A stretch of DNA of 64,000 nucleotides from a bacterium (GTDB lineage Bacteria; UBA8248). Shown here piece after piece: positions 1 to 9,772 of this stretch (position 1 is its first letter; each line of letters begins with the position of its first letter). The notes below the pieces were generated by a model. That model did no database searches. It was not told where the DNA came from and saw only the letters and a list, made by a program, of their open reading frames with translations. Both the position numbers and the translations under genes were made by a program. The stretch covers positions 704,001 through 768,000 of the forward strand of contig CBDATS010000005.1 in assembly GCA_965200245.1 (NCBI GenBank), in the 5' to 3' direction.

Positions 1-63
1 GCTGAGAACCGCGAGGAGCAGGGCCGTGGCGAAAAGCAAAGCTGCCGGGGCGTGTCTGCTCAT
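1..63 (-). CDS. 5' end of a probable FecCD/BtuC-type ABC permease (runs off the window edge)
   Basis: The reverse complement reads ATG...MSRHAPAALLFATALLLAVLS, which is hydrophobic. Its start overlaps the btuF stop (ATGA). The family call rests on operon position. Confidence 0.6.
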   Translation of the reverse strand, partial: MSRHAPAALLFATALLLAVLS

Positions 64-923
64 CGGTAGAGTCCCCGAACCAGGTCGTCCAGCCCGTCGA
101 TGATGTACTGGGATACGCTTGAGAAACGCGGATAGGGGATCTCTACGATCTTCTTGGTTCTTAAGGGAGCATAGACCGCATTCGCACGGATGGCGTCCCT
201 CATGCTCGTACCCGATCCGGGGTTCACACCCACCATGATGACGTCGGGATTCCATGCGATGATCCGCTCCGCCGACACCCTGCGCGCACCCCGAATCCCT
301 CGTTCGGTGGCCACGTTGACGCCGTCTGCGAGACGGATGAGCGCATCGTGCGAAGTCTCGGCGCCCGTCACCCAGCCGCCCTGCACGAGGGACAGGATGC
401 GCGGGGGCTTCGCATCGGTCGGAATGCGCGCTCGTATGGCACGTATTCTCCCTCTCGCGTCCGCGACGAGTTTCTGTGCCTTTGCTTCTTCTCCGATCAG
501 GCGACCCATCCTCTCAATAGCTGCAAAAACGTCATCCACGTCGCTGAAGGAGGAGAATATGGAGACGGGTACACCGGTTTTGCGCAGGTGATCGAGGAAT
601 GTGGCGCTCGAATACGAGGCGGCGAATACCATGTCGGGTCTCAGAGCGATGATGCGCTCGGGCACGCTGGTGATGAGCGGAATCCCGCGCGCCTCGTCGG
701 CGACGTTGGAATAGCCCGGATGTCCGGCCAGCTTGTGCAGGCCAACGATTCTCTCTCTGGGCGCGAGTGCCAAGAGCATCTCAGCGGTAGCGAGTGTCAT
801 GGCGATCAGGCGCGCGGGCTTCCCTGCGACGCGTGCGTATGCCGCTTCCCCCAGGCTCTGTGAGAGTGCATTTCCCATCAGAACAGCCACCAGCAGGAAG
901 AAAATTGTAAGCCTTGCGCGCAT
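60..923 (-). CDS. btuF: Cobalamin/Fe-siderophore ABC transporter substrate-binding protein (BtuF-like)
   Basis: Signal peptide, the class III SBP motifs 'ATAEMLLAL' and 'ERIIALRPD', and position downstream of a TonB receptor and B12 riboswitches. ATG at 923 preferred over 941. Confidence 0.85.
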   Translation of the reverse strand: MRARLTIFFLLVAVLMGNALSQSLGEAAYARVAGKPARLIAMTLATAEMLLALAPRERIVGLHKLAGHPGYSNVADEARGIPLITSVPERIIALRPDMVFAASYSSATFLDHLRKTGVPVSIFSSFSDVDDVFAAIERMGRLIGEEAKAQKLVADARGRIRAIRARIPTDAKPPRILSLVQGGWVTGAETSHDALIRLADGVNVATERGIRGARRVSAERIIAWNPDVIMVGVNPGSGTSMRDAIRANAVYAPLRTKKIVEIPYPRFSSVSQYIIDGLDDLVRGLYR

Positions 924-968
924 CGTGCGCCCCTTGCGCAATTTCCATCTTCAGTCGAGATGATCCCG

Positions 969-3008
969 CTAGAACATCGCCCTTACGCCCGCGAACCACT
1001 GCCGACCAGGAGACTCGTAGCCGTATACGGCTTCAAATTCCTCATCAAGGACATTGTTCACCTTGAATTCCACCGTCAAGCTGTTGAACCTCGATCTCTT
1101 CGTCTTATCGAACATCAAGATTCCGCCCTTCACGATGTCCACTGAAAGTGCAAGGTCCACCTTGGTGAAACCGGGGTTCACCACCCGAGGGAAGGGCCAC
1201 GGCGCAGAGTCGTCGATGTCCCACCTGTCGCTCACCGTGTTCCCTCTCAGAGTGGCTTTCAGGAGTTCGGGGTGGTAGCTGATCGATCCGCTCCACCACC
1301 AGTCCGGGCGTCTTAGCAGCGCTTCCCCTTTCACGTAGTGGGGCGCGCCGAGACCCTGTGTTTCGAGCGCTTCTGTATCTATGGCGTTGAAACTTGCATG
1401 GACTGTAAAGTCGTGAATATCGAGGAGCGAGAGGGAGAGTTCCGCTCCCTTGACTCGCGCTTTCTGAATGTTCTCGTAGTTTGTACCGTTTTCGAACGGC
1501 ACGAACGACCAGGCGATCAGATCGTCGATCTCGTTGACGTAATATGTGGCGCTGAACCTGATCTTGTTCCCCGCAAGGAACTGATCGAAACCTGCCTCCC
1601 AGCTTTTCTGTCTTTCGCTCCTTAAGTTCGGGTTACCGGGTCCCCAGACGTCCAGTAACTCCGCAAAGGAGGGCCGCTTGACTCCCTCGCCCACCGCGCT
1701 GCGAATCCGCGCGTCAGTTCCCGGGATTTTATAGGATGCCGAAAGTTTTCCGGTCGTTTCGTCCTCGCCGACGTCAAAACTGTCCACCCGCGCCCCGCCT
1801 GCGAGGGTGAGACCGCTCTGGAGCCGGAACTGTTGCTGCGCGTAGAAGGAAGTAGCCCGCCTGTCGCTGTCGTATTCACTGTCCCCGAAGGCGGACATGC
1901 TTTGGATGGAAATGTCCTCCGTCTCCCACTCGACTCCGAGTGTGGATATGGAACTGCGAAGGGCGTGCAAGCCCAGTTGCTTGCCTGTGAGCCTCACATT
2001 CATCTGGTTGTCAAAGTGGAACCTTGAGCCGTCTGTCTCCGTTTTGCTCGCGCTTGGGTCCAGCACGTCGGGCTTGTTCTCATCAATCGTGTCCCTCAGA
2101 TAAATGGAGACGCGCGGAACGTATTCGAACCACGGGGTTAGCTTGAGATGCGCGCGCGCGCCGATGAGTTGTTCCGTAAGATCCCTGTATTTGTTGGGTT
2201 CTGTGTATCCCTGGTGAGCAGGACCAGGGAGGTCGTAGTGGTTCCGATTGGCGTGAAAGATAAAGCGCACCCTGGCGTTTTCAGAGAGGAAATGATCCAG
2301 CCCCACCGTCCCTACAGTGCGGTAGTAGCCGTCGTTGGGAAGATGCCCCCCCGTGTCGAGACGGCTCAAGCTCGCCACGTATCCGCTCTTGGCCGTTCCG
2401 CCACTTAATTTGAAAACTTCTTCAAATGTTTCGTCACTGCCACCCCTCAAGCGGACGCTGAAGTTCGGTGCCTCACCCGGCTTCCCGAAATCGGGCAGGA
2501 AGTTTATGACACCCGAAGCCGCGTCCGATCCGTACAACGGGCTTTGTGGACCCTTGAGTATTTCGGTTGCACCCATCCACTCGGGCGACAGGTGGCCGAA
2601 GTCATACGCGCTCCCGTCCGGGAAAGTGAGCTTGAAGCCGTCGAGCATCACACTCGTGAAGTTGCTCTCGCTCCCTCTCAAGAAAAGGCTCGTCTGCCCG
2701 CCTCGTCCGCTCGCCTGCGGGAGGACAACGCCCGCCCCCTCACTCAGAAAGTCTATGGCATCTCCGGGCAGGAAGCTTTCGATCCTTTCAAGTCCCAACA
2801 CCTCCACTGAATCGGCCACGTCGCTCAGCCGCTCGGGCGTGCGCGTAGCTGTGACGGTGATGGGATCGAGATAAAGCTCCTCCTCAGCGCTTTGCGCACA
2901 GGCATTGTCTGCAACGCTGAAGAGGAAAAGCACCGCGAGCCACGCAGCGATCAGACCTCCCCGGATGCGGATGGATGAATTGGTGAGTTTCCTCGGAACT
3001 CTTTTCAT
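969..3008 (-). CDS. btuB: TonB-dependent receptor, probably for cobalamin (BtuB-like)
   Basis: TonB box 'DPITVTATR', plug motifs 'LFLRGSESN' and 'EILKGPQSPLYGSDA', C-terminal Phe, and upstream cobalamin riboswitches. Confidence 0.85.
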   Translation of the reverse strand: MKRVPRKLTNSSIRIRGGLIAAWLAVLFLFSVADNACAQSAEEELYLDPITVTATRTPERLSDVADSVEVLGLERIESFLPGDAIDFLSEGAGVVLPQASGRGGQTSLFLRGSESNFTSVMLDGFKLTFPDGSAYDFGHLSPEWMGATEILKGPQSPLYGSDAASGVINFLPDFGKPGEAPNFSVRLRGGSDETFEEVFKLSGGTAKSGYVASLSRLDTGGHLPNDGYYRTVGTVGLDHFLSENARVRFIFHANRNHYDLPGPAHQGYTEPNKYRDLTEQLIGARAHLKLTPWFEYVPRVSIYLRDTIDENKPDVLDPSASKTETDGSRFHFDNQMNVRLTGKQLGLHALRSSISTLGVEWETEDISIQSMSAFGDSEYDSDRRATSFYAQQQFRLQSGLTLAGGARVDSFDVGEDETTGKLSASYKIPGTDARIRSAVGEGVKRPSFAELLDVWGPGNPNLRSERQKSWEAGFDQFLAGNKIRFSATYYVNEIDDLIAWSFVPFENGTNYENIQKARVKGAELSLSLLDIHDFTVHASFNAIDTEALETQGLGAPHYVKGEALLRRPDWWWSGSISYHPELLKATLRGNTVSDRWDIDDSAPWPFPRVVNPGFTKVDLALSVDIVKGGILMFDKTKRSRFNSLTVEFKVNNVLDEEFEAVYGYESPGRQWFAGVRAMF

Positions 3009-3076
3009 GAAAATACGTCTCCTTGAGCGGCCCTGGCGCTCGTAACAGACCCTTGGTGGATCTGAAGGGAGTTGAC

Positions 3077-3221
3077 GCTGGCAGGCCGGTCTTCTGGCTC
3101 GCGCCGATGGCCATCCTTCATTCCTTCCCGGGTGTGTCCCCGGTGGATTCCATGAAGGACGCGGCGCTTACAGCTGCCGGGCAGCTCTGGATTCGCACCG
3201 GATTCCCGAACACCTGTCAGC
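3077..3221 (-). ncRNA. Cobalamin riboswitch, proximal copy
   Basis: Minus strand: GGGAATCCGGTGCGAATCC...CAGCTGTAA...CCACCGGG...CCCGGGAAGG...GAGCCAGAAGACCGGCC (B12 box). P1 pairs GCTGACAGG with CCTGCCAGC. Confidence 0.88.
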
Positions 3222-3380
3222 CGTTTCAGCGGCGGATGCGTCCACCGCGCTTGTGGCGAAACTTTATCGCTGCGCGTACGCAACCCACGCCCGTGCGGTG
3301 ATGCTCTCGATTCAGGGTGTCATAATGCACAAGATACCACCCACCTCCCGTTCCGCGAGGACGTGACGGTTCATCAGGCT

Positions 3381-3542
3381 ATCGCAGGTCGGTCTCCTGG
3401 CTCCCGGATCATCCTACTCACGACCCCTTCCCGGCAGCGTGTACCAGTGGTAATGGCCGCTTTCGTCCCCGGTCACAGTGGCGGGTCCGCGCCGGATTCT
3501 CACCGGCTTCCCGGGCTTTCACCGAGAAAGCCCACCTGCGAC
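3381..3542 (-). ncRNA. Cobalamin riboswitch, distal copy
   Basis: Minus strand: GTCGCAGGT-GGGCTTTC..GAAAGCCC-GGGAAGCCGGTGAGAATCCGGCGCGGACCCGCCACTGTGA...CCACTGG...CCGGGAAGG...GAGCCAGGAGACCGACCTGCGAT. Confidence 0.93.
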
Positions 3543-3597
3543 ACGTCGGAACAAATCTTTTCCAACTACAAAATCAATGCGCTGCGACGCGGAGGAT

Positions 3598-4101
3598 TCA
3601 GACCGCCTCGTACTTGTCACGCGTGATGGTGTCGAGATCGATGCCTTCGATACGAACGAGTCGCGTCTCCCCCTCGCGCTTGGGCGAGTGAAATTCGCCC
3701 ACGTCGTAGGCCTTGGAGAGGCCCGGCGTCAGGTCGTAGCTGCGCACGGCGCGCACCTTGCCGGGTGCTGCGCCGTTGGGCCGTTCGACGAGTTCGTAAT
3801 CCGTCATCGTGGTAGTTCCCACCGCCTGGCCGTAGATGGCCCACGACTCACCGTGATCATGCGGGGGGCTTCCAGTCGCACCTTTGTGCACGTGAGCGAA
3901 GATACAAAAACCGAGATCAGGGTCTTTGTAGAGGAGCTTGCGGGGGGAGTCGTTGTCTGGCCCCAGATGTTCCTGCACGAATTCCTGTTTGACCAGCACT
4001 TGCTCAAGCGCGTCGCTTACCTTCTGAAGGCCCGCCTTGCTTGAATTATCCTTGAGAATGTCGCGGCATTCGGCTGCAAATGTATCGAGAATCTTGCCCA
4101 T
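3598..4101 (-). CDS. Cupin-fold protein, cysteine dioxygenase-like
   Basis: 'SPPHDHGESWAIYGQAVG' and a downstream 'FHSP' metal-binding motif. Confidence 0.75.
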   Translation of the reverse strand: MGKILDTFAAECRDILKDNSSKAGLQKVSDALEQVLVKQEFVQEHLGPDNDSPRKLLYKDPDLGFCIFAHVHKGATGSPPHDHGESWAIYGQAVGTTTMTDYELVERPNGAAPGKVRAVRSYDLTPGLSKAYDVGEFHSPKREGETRLVRIEGIDLDTITRDKYEAV

Positions 4102-4261
4102 CGTTCGCTCTCCTTATCTTGGAAGTTGATTTTTCGCTCATTATTAAAACAGTGTGCATATTTTGTAAACTTGACGAGAGTTTTTCTCGAACCCAGTGTA
4201 TGATTCCCTGATAATTCTGGGACCATGGGCGTATGGTGAATTCCCTGAAAAGGCCCTTTGA

Positions 4262-5038
4262 ATGGATTCGGCGAAGCAGCGCAATATCGAAACCTTCACG
4301 CGGATGGCGGAGACCTACGGCGGCTATTACAGCGACGCGGAACAGGCTCGCCTAGGTACGATGGCCGAGCACATCGGTTTCGGCGAAGGCTGCTGGCTGG
4401 TCGATTTCGGCATGGGCACTGGCACTTCCGCAAAACCCTTTCTGATGTTGGGCGGGAACGTGGTAGGGTTGGACCTCACGCCCGCGATGACCAAAAGGGG
4501 GCGCGAGCGTCTGCGTGAATGGGGTCTCGAGGCGAACGCCCGCTACGTCATGGCTAACGCGCACGACGCACCCCTGGCGGCAGGAGCCGCCGACGCCGTC
4601 ATCTGCAGGCACACGTCCCACCATCTGGATGACCCCATAAAAGTTTTTGCCGAAATGGCGCGCGCCGTCCGCCCGGGCGGCCATGTCTTCCTGATTGATT
4701 ATCACTACCCAAACGAGGCCGAAGAACGCGAGAAGATAGATGCGCTCGACAGACTCCGAGAGCCGACCATCACGCGGCATCTATCGCAGGAGGAGATGGA
4801 GGGTTTATTCCATGCAGAAGGAATCCGGATCGAGGAGACCATCGTCGACAGGAGGGAAACGTCCTTCGATGAATGGATGGATTCCGCAAAGACCTCGCCC
4901 GAGGTTTTCCCACGGCTCAGAGCCGCGTTCGAGGCGCTACGTGATCAGGGCGGAAGCTGGTACGAGGAAAGAGGTGAGGGCACGGAATTCTCCATCATCC
5001 GAAAACGCCTGACGATCCTAGGCCAAAAACCGGTCTGA
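4262..5038 (+). CDS. Class I SAM-dependent methyltransferase
   Basis: Motif I 'LVDFGMGTG', 'GLDLTPAM', 'HHLDDP' and 'VRPGG'. Confidence 0.85.
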   Translation: MDSAKQRNIETFTRMAETYGGYYSDAEQARLGTMAEHIGFGEGCWLVDFGMGTGTSAKPFLMLGGNVVGLDLTPAMTKRGRERLREWGLEANARYVMANAHDAPLAAGAADAVICRHTSHHLDDPIKVFAEMARAVRPGGHVFLIDYHYPNEAEEREKIDALDRLREPTITRHLSQEEMEGLFHAEGIRIEETIVDRRETSFDEWMDSAKTSPEVFPRLRAAFEALRDQGGSWYEERGEGTEFSIIRKRLTILGQKPV

Positions 5039-5047
5039 ATTTTTTCC

Positions 5048-6739
5048 TCACAGTTCCTGCGGTGCGCCGCCTAAAGAGGCAGGTTTCACGATAGCGTCGA
5101 TGAGGAAAGGCTTACCGCCCCGGGCGGCTTCCGCAAGGTGCATCTCAAGTTCATCTGGCGAATGGACACGCACGGCTTCCACGCCCATCGACTCAGCCAG
5201 CTTGATGAAGTCGAGATTCGGCTCCGTCAAATCCATGCCGACGAACCGGTGAAACTCCTTCGCCTTGCCGTCCAGGGCCAGCACACGCCCTTTCAGGATG
5301 TGGTAAGCCCCATTGTTGGCGATCAGGAAGATCACTCCGACGCCGTATTTCGCCGCCGTCCACAAGGTCTGGTTCGAGTACATGGCCGAGCCGTCTCCCG
5401 AGAGACAGATGACGGGACGATCGGGCGACGCTATCTTCACGCCAAGCGCCATGGGCAGACCGTTTCCGATGCCGCCACCCTTTCTCCCGAAAATCTGCGA
5501 CGCCGTGCACCCCACAGCACGTCTGAAGCCCGGCCCCGCGGAGGTGAGCGCTTCATCCACCCATACGGTGCCTTCGGGTGCCCCCGTGCCGAGCGCTTGG
5601 TGAAAGGCGGGAAGCGGCATACCTTCCGAGTAATCGCTTGCCTCTGCAATTGGCGGAACTGCTTCGCGCGAGCTTTGGTTTTCCTGCGCAATCTGTGCTG
5701 CGCGCGCTTTGGCTCTTACTGCCTGATCCGCTGTCTGCGCTTTCGCCACGGCTTCCAACAAGAGGGGAAGGGTGGTTTTCGGGTCTCCATACAGCGAGGC
5801 GTCCAAGCCGAAGTTCTTGCCCATTTCCCAGGCGTTGATATCCAGATGAACCACACGGCAACCCTCGGGCAGCGGCCGTACGTCGGCGGGGTATGAGAAC
5901 AGAAAGACTTCCGTACCGACGAGGAACACCAGGTCGAATTCCGAGAGGCGCTCTCTCAAGGGTTTGGCGAGGATGGGGAGTTTCCCGGCGTAAAGCGGGT
6001 GCTCCATAGGATATGCGATCACGTTGGCAAAGTTCTCTTCATATGCCTTGGCGCCAATTTGCTCGGCGAAGCGCGCCACCTCTTCCAGCGCACCCGAATG
6101 CGCTACTCCGGCACCTGAAACGACGCAGTGCCGTTCGGCTTTCGCGATCAGCGCGGCGGCCACCTCGATCGACTCGGCAGAGGCGGCAAAGCGCATGTCG
6201 ATGCGCGTGGGTTTTTCCTTTAGCTCCGAGGCGGGAGCGAGCATGACGTCTCCGGGCAGGGAGAGGAACACGGGACCCGTCGGTGGCGTCATGGACACCT
6301 TGACGGCGCGACGCACGGCTTGTTCCAGGTCCTCGACGCGGCGCACCTCGTAGGACCACTTCACGAGCGGTTCCGCCATGCGCGTGAGATCGTCGTAGAG
6401 AATGATTTCGTGAAAGTGTCCGCTCTGGGGCTGGTTCCCGGCAGTGACGAGCACTGGCGCTCCCGAGCGTTTCGCGTTGTAGAGAAGCCCCATCGCGTTG
6501 CCGAGGCCGGGCGCGACGTGGAGGTTCACGGCGGCGGGCCTTCCCGTGCTGAGGCCATAGCCTTCTGCCGCCGAGATGGCCACGCCCTCGTGCAACGTAA
6601 GGATGAACTTGAGCCGCTCCTCGTTCACGAGCGCGTCCATCAGGGGAAGCTCCGTTGTTCCCGGATTTCCAAACAGGTGCGTCACGCCCTCATCAAGCAG
6701 GGTTTCGAGTAGCAAGGATGCTCCGTTTGCGTTTCTCAT
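5048..6739 (-). CDS. ThDP-dependent enzyme, benzoylformate decarboxylase-like
   Basis: 'FGNPGTTELP', 'NLHVAPGLGN' and the ThDP motif 'GDGSAMY...NNGAY'. Confidence 0.88.
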   Translation of the reverse strand: MRNANGASLLLETLLDEGVTHLFGNPGTTELPLMDALVNEERLKFILTLHEGVAISAAEGYGLSTGRPAAVNLHVAPGLGNAMGLLYNAKRSGAPVLVTAGNQPQSGHFHEIILYDDLTRMAEPLVKWSYEVRRVEDLEQAVRRAVKVSMTPPTGPVFLSLPGDVMLAPASELKEKPTRIDMRFAASAESIEVAAALIAKAERHCVVSGAGVAHSGALEEVARFAEQIGAKAYEENFANVIAYPMEHPLYAGKLPILAKPLRERLSEFDLVFLVGTEVFLFSYPADVRPLPEGCRVVHLDINAWEMGKNFGLDASLYGDPKTTLPLLLEAVAKAQTADQAVRAKARAAQIAQENQSSREAVPPIAEASDYSEGMPLPAFHQALGTGAPEGTVWVDEALTSAGPGFRRAVGCTASQIFGRKGGGIGNGLPMALGVKIASPDRPVICLSGDGSAMYSNQTLWTAAKYGVGVIFLIANNGAYHILKGRVLALDGKAKEFHRFVGMDLTEPNLDFIKLAESMGVEAVRVHSPDELEMHLAEAARGGKPFLIDAIVKPASLGGAPQEL

Positions 6740-6764
6740 CTATCTGGCCTCTGGGTGTTGTGAA

Positions 6765-7499
6765 TTAGTGGAAATGGATGCCACCGTTCAGGAGAAGCGT
6801 CTGGCCGGTGATGTAGCCGTTTCGCACCATCAGCATCACAGCGTCGACCGTCTCTTCCACCGTTCCAAACCTGCCCATCGGGGTATGCGGTGTGGTTACG
6901 CGGAGGTCGTGCGTCATCATGTCTGTTTCTACCACAGCAGGCGCCACGCTGTTCATAGTAATCCCTTCTTTCACCAAGGCGGCTGCGTAACCGTGGGTAA
7001 GGCCGTGCATGCCCGCCTTGGACGCCGCGTAGTGCGGCCCGACACGACCGCCCGTGAAGGCAGCGTTCGATGAAATATTCACGATTCTGCCCCACTGCGC
7101 CGCACGCATGTCGGGCAGTACGGCTTGAGTGAGCAAGAACGCGGATTTGAGATTCACGGCAAGCGTCTCATCCCAATCGGCCTCGGTGAGTTCGTCAAAA
7201 GGTTTCTTGATGGCAATACCTGCGTTGTTGACGAGAATCGAGACGGGGCCAAAGTGTTCCCTCGTCTCATCTACGAGGCGGCGCACATCTTCGGCATTCG
7301 AGACATCCGCCTGAATGATAAAGGCCTCTCCACCCGCCTCTTCTATCAGGCGGCGGGTTCCTTCTGCTTCCTCCGTATGTTTCCGGTAGTTCACTGCCAC
7401 GCGGCAGCCTGTGCTCGCCAGTGCCAGTGCACATCCGCGCCCGATGCCCCGGCTCGCGCCGGTGACGATACAGGTATTTCCCGTCAGATCCGTGGACAT
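6765..7499 (-). CDS. SDR family oxidoreductase (FabG-like)
   Basis: 'TGASRGIG', 'NNAG' and 'YAASK'. Confidence 0.92.
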   Translation of the reverse strand: MSTDLTGNTCIVTGASRGIGRGCALALASTGCRVAVNYRKHTEEAEGTRRLIEEAGGEAFIIQADVSNAEDVRRLVDETREHFGPVSILVNNAGIAIKKPFDELTEADWDETLAVNLKSAFLLTQAVLPDMRAAQWGRIVNISSNAAFTGGRVGPHYAASKAGMHGLTHGYAAALVKEGITMNSVAPAVVETDMMTHDLRVTTPHTPMGRFGTVEETVDAVMLMVRNGYITGQTLLLNGGIHFH

Positions 7500-7612
7500 T
7501 CCATTTCCTCAACTATACAAGAGAAGTTCGCATCCTAATTCATCCGGTGCGAGAAGGGCAGTCGCACCGGAGAATTTTCTCGCTTGGGGATCGTGATAGT
7601 ATATTAATCATC

Positions 7613-8629
7613 ATGAGCGGAGATAACATTCGTCTCGCCTGCGTCGGGCTGGGTCGCTGGGCCGGTGTGCTGGCGGAAGGCATCCAGAAAACGCACGGGC
7701 TTCAAATCGCCGCCTGCCACACGAGATCGGACGAGCGCAATGAGGCGTTCGCGCAAAAATACGGGTGCACACCCTATCCAGACTACACAGCCATACTTGA
7801 AGAGCCGGATATCGACGCCGTAGTCCTCACGACGCCCCACAGCGCGCATAAGTAGCAGGTCTGTGCGGCGGCCCGCACTGGCAAGCACGTTTTTGTCGAA
7901 AAACCCATTGCCGTCACGCCGGGGGATGCGCGCACCTGTGTAGAGGCGTGTGAGAAAGCGGGTGTCGTCTTGATGGCAGGACATTGCTGGCGCTGGGTGG
8001 CCTCTGTTCAAAAGGCGAAATCGCTGTTGGACGCGGGCGCGATCGGCGAGGTGACGCAGGTGTCGGGGCATTTCGGCAACTCTCGCGCGCAGAATTTCGG
8101 CAAGGAAATCTGGCGTGACGATCCTGAAGAATCGCCTCTCGGGCCATTCACGGGACCGGGTTTTCACCTTCTCGACATCCTCAAGTACCTCCTGGGTCCG
8201 ATAGAGGAAGTCTTTGTCGTGCTGGAGCGGAAGATGACGGCGGGGCGCATTCCGGACACCGCTTCGGGCACACTTCGGTTCGCCTCAAACCTGATTGCCC
8301 AAGTGAGTTCAAGCTTCGTGACACAGCGCCGATACCAGCTTGCCTTGTTCGGTATCGAAGCGAATCTCTACGTGAACGCCGACCCTCAAGGCGGAACGCC
8401 CGCTGCATCCGGCCTCGTCATCCACAGGCGAGGCGAGGAGACACCCGAAATCCTCTCGGTCGAGAAGACCGACATGATCGCCTGCCACATGGACTCTTTC
8501 GCAATGAGCGTGCGCGGCGATGCGCTCCCTTTCACCGACGGACGCGAGGGAGCCTCCCTGGTCGCGCTGCTCTCGGCCATGCTAGCATCATCGAAGACGG
8601 GGGGATGGGAGCGCGTGGAATCACCCTGA
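7613..8629 (+). pseudogene. Gfo/Idh/MocA oxidoreductase interrupted by an in-frame TAG at 7853-7855
   Basis: 'VGLGRWA' Rossmann start. The frame continues through TAG to 'QVCAAARTGKHVFVEKP' and into the 7970..8629 ORF without a frameshift. Confidence 0.85.
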
Positions 8630-9551
8630 GAGAACAAGCTGGCCCAGGCGCTGCCCATCTCCGAAACCACTTCCCCCATACGACGGCCCATGCGCCCAAT
8701 ACCGAGCAGATACCGCCGATAATCACCTGCATGCTCACACGCTCCTGTTTCCTGAAGAACAGCCAGGAGAAGAGGATGATGATCAGGATCGAGAGCCGGT
8801 TGATGGGAACGACCTGAATGACCTCGCCGTCCTTGATCGCCCACCAGAAGAAAAACGCGGCCAGAAAGTTGCACGTTGCCCCCAGAACCGTAATGAGGAG
8901 CGAGTGTCGCGTAAAGGGACCGCTTTTCATCTTGGTAGCCGGGAAGAGAAAGAAACTCGCGAGCAAAAGCGTGAGCGTCGTCGTGTTCGAGAACGCCATA
9001 CCCAGCGTGACAGAGGGGATGTGGACGAAGCCATATTTGCGTACGATGTGCGAAACGCTCGCAAAGGCGGCCCCCACCACGGGGATGAGGTAGTAGGCGA
9101 GCGGCACGCGTCTCTCGATCGCTTTTTTGTCATATAACAGGAGTACCCCGCCCGCCATGATGCCCAGCGTCCCTATCGCCACAAGCGGAGTGAGCCTCTC
9201 ACCCAACAGGAACACAGCCAGCCCCGAGGACCAGACGAGACCCGTCTGCGTCAGAATGGGCGTGCGCGCCAAACCTACCAACTTGATGGATATCATCCCC
9301 ATATAGCGTCCGCCCAGTCCACCGACCGCGCCCACGAGCGCGAACCACAGGATCCCGTAGATCGGCCAGTGGTCGAGACCCTCACCCATCGCGTAGAGAC
9401 CCAGCGCGAAAAGGGTGGTAATGACGGTCGCGATAACCGTCGTCACGAGTGGACTCAGGTCCATGAGCGCACCCCGGTAGAGTGTCCTAGCGACGGAGAT
9501 GAAAAACGCCGAAACAAGCGCCATCAGGTTGGGATGCAATGAATCGAACAA
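8532..9551 (-). CDS. EamA/DMT family transporter
   Basis: About 10 hydrophobic segments with two EamA repeats ('VFLLGERLT', 'LFFRKQERVS'). The 3' tail overlaps the convergent gene. Confidence 0.85.
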   Translation of the reverse strand: MFDSLHPNLMALVSAFFISVARTLYRGALMDLSPLVTTVIATVITTLFALGLYAMGEGLDHWPIYGILWFALVGAVGGLGGRYMGMISIKLVGLARTPILTQTGLVWSSGLAVFLLGERLTPLVAIGTLGIMAGGVLLLYDKKAIERRVPLAYYLIPVVGAAFASVSHIVRKYGFVHIPSVTLGMAFSNTTTLTLLLASFFLFPATKMKSGPFTRHSLLITVLGATCNFLAAFFFWWAIKDGEVIQVVPINRLSILIIILFSWLFFRKQERVSMQVIIGGICSVLGAWAVVWGKWFRRWAAPGPACSLRVIPRAPIPPSSMMLAWPRAARPGRLPRVRR

Positions 9552-9645
9552 GTAGGAAACTCAGGGCAAGAGGAATACGCCATTATCCACCGGCGGCGAG
9601 AACAGGGCAAGGATCGGGCGGGAAAACGTAATGAGGGATTGCGTC

Positions 9646-9681
9646 TTAGCAGGGGCGGACACGCAGGTCCACCCCTGCTAA
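9646..9681. repeat. REP-like palindrome / hairpin
   Basis: TTAGCAGGGGCGGAC-ACGCAG-GTCCACCCCTGCTAA forms a 15-bp near-perfect stem in intergenic DNA. Confidence 0.65.
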
Positions 9682-9772
9682 ACAGTGTGTTTCGCAGAAG
9701 TGGCTGCCGCCGTTCCGCTCGTAACTTGAGTGCTTCCGTTCACAGGCGCACGCATCAACCGATCAAGCGCGA

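Noticed and set aside
7853-7855. Pyrrolysine or alternative genetic code at the TAG
   Set aside because: TAG terminates many normal genes here (e.g. rpmG, argH), there are no pyl genes in the window, and the position is not catalytic.
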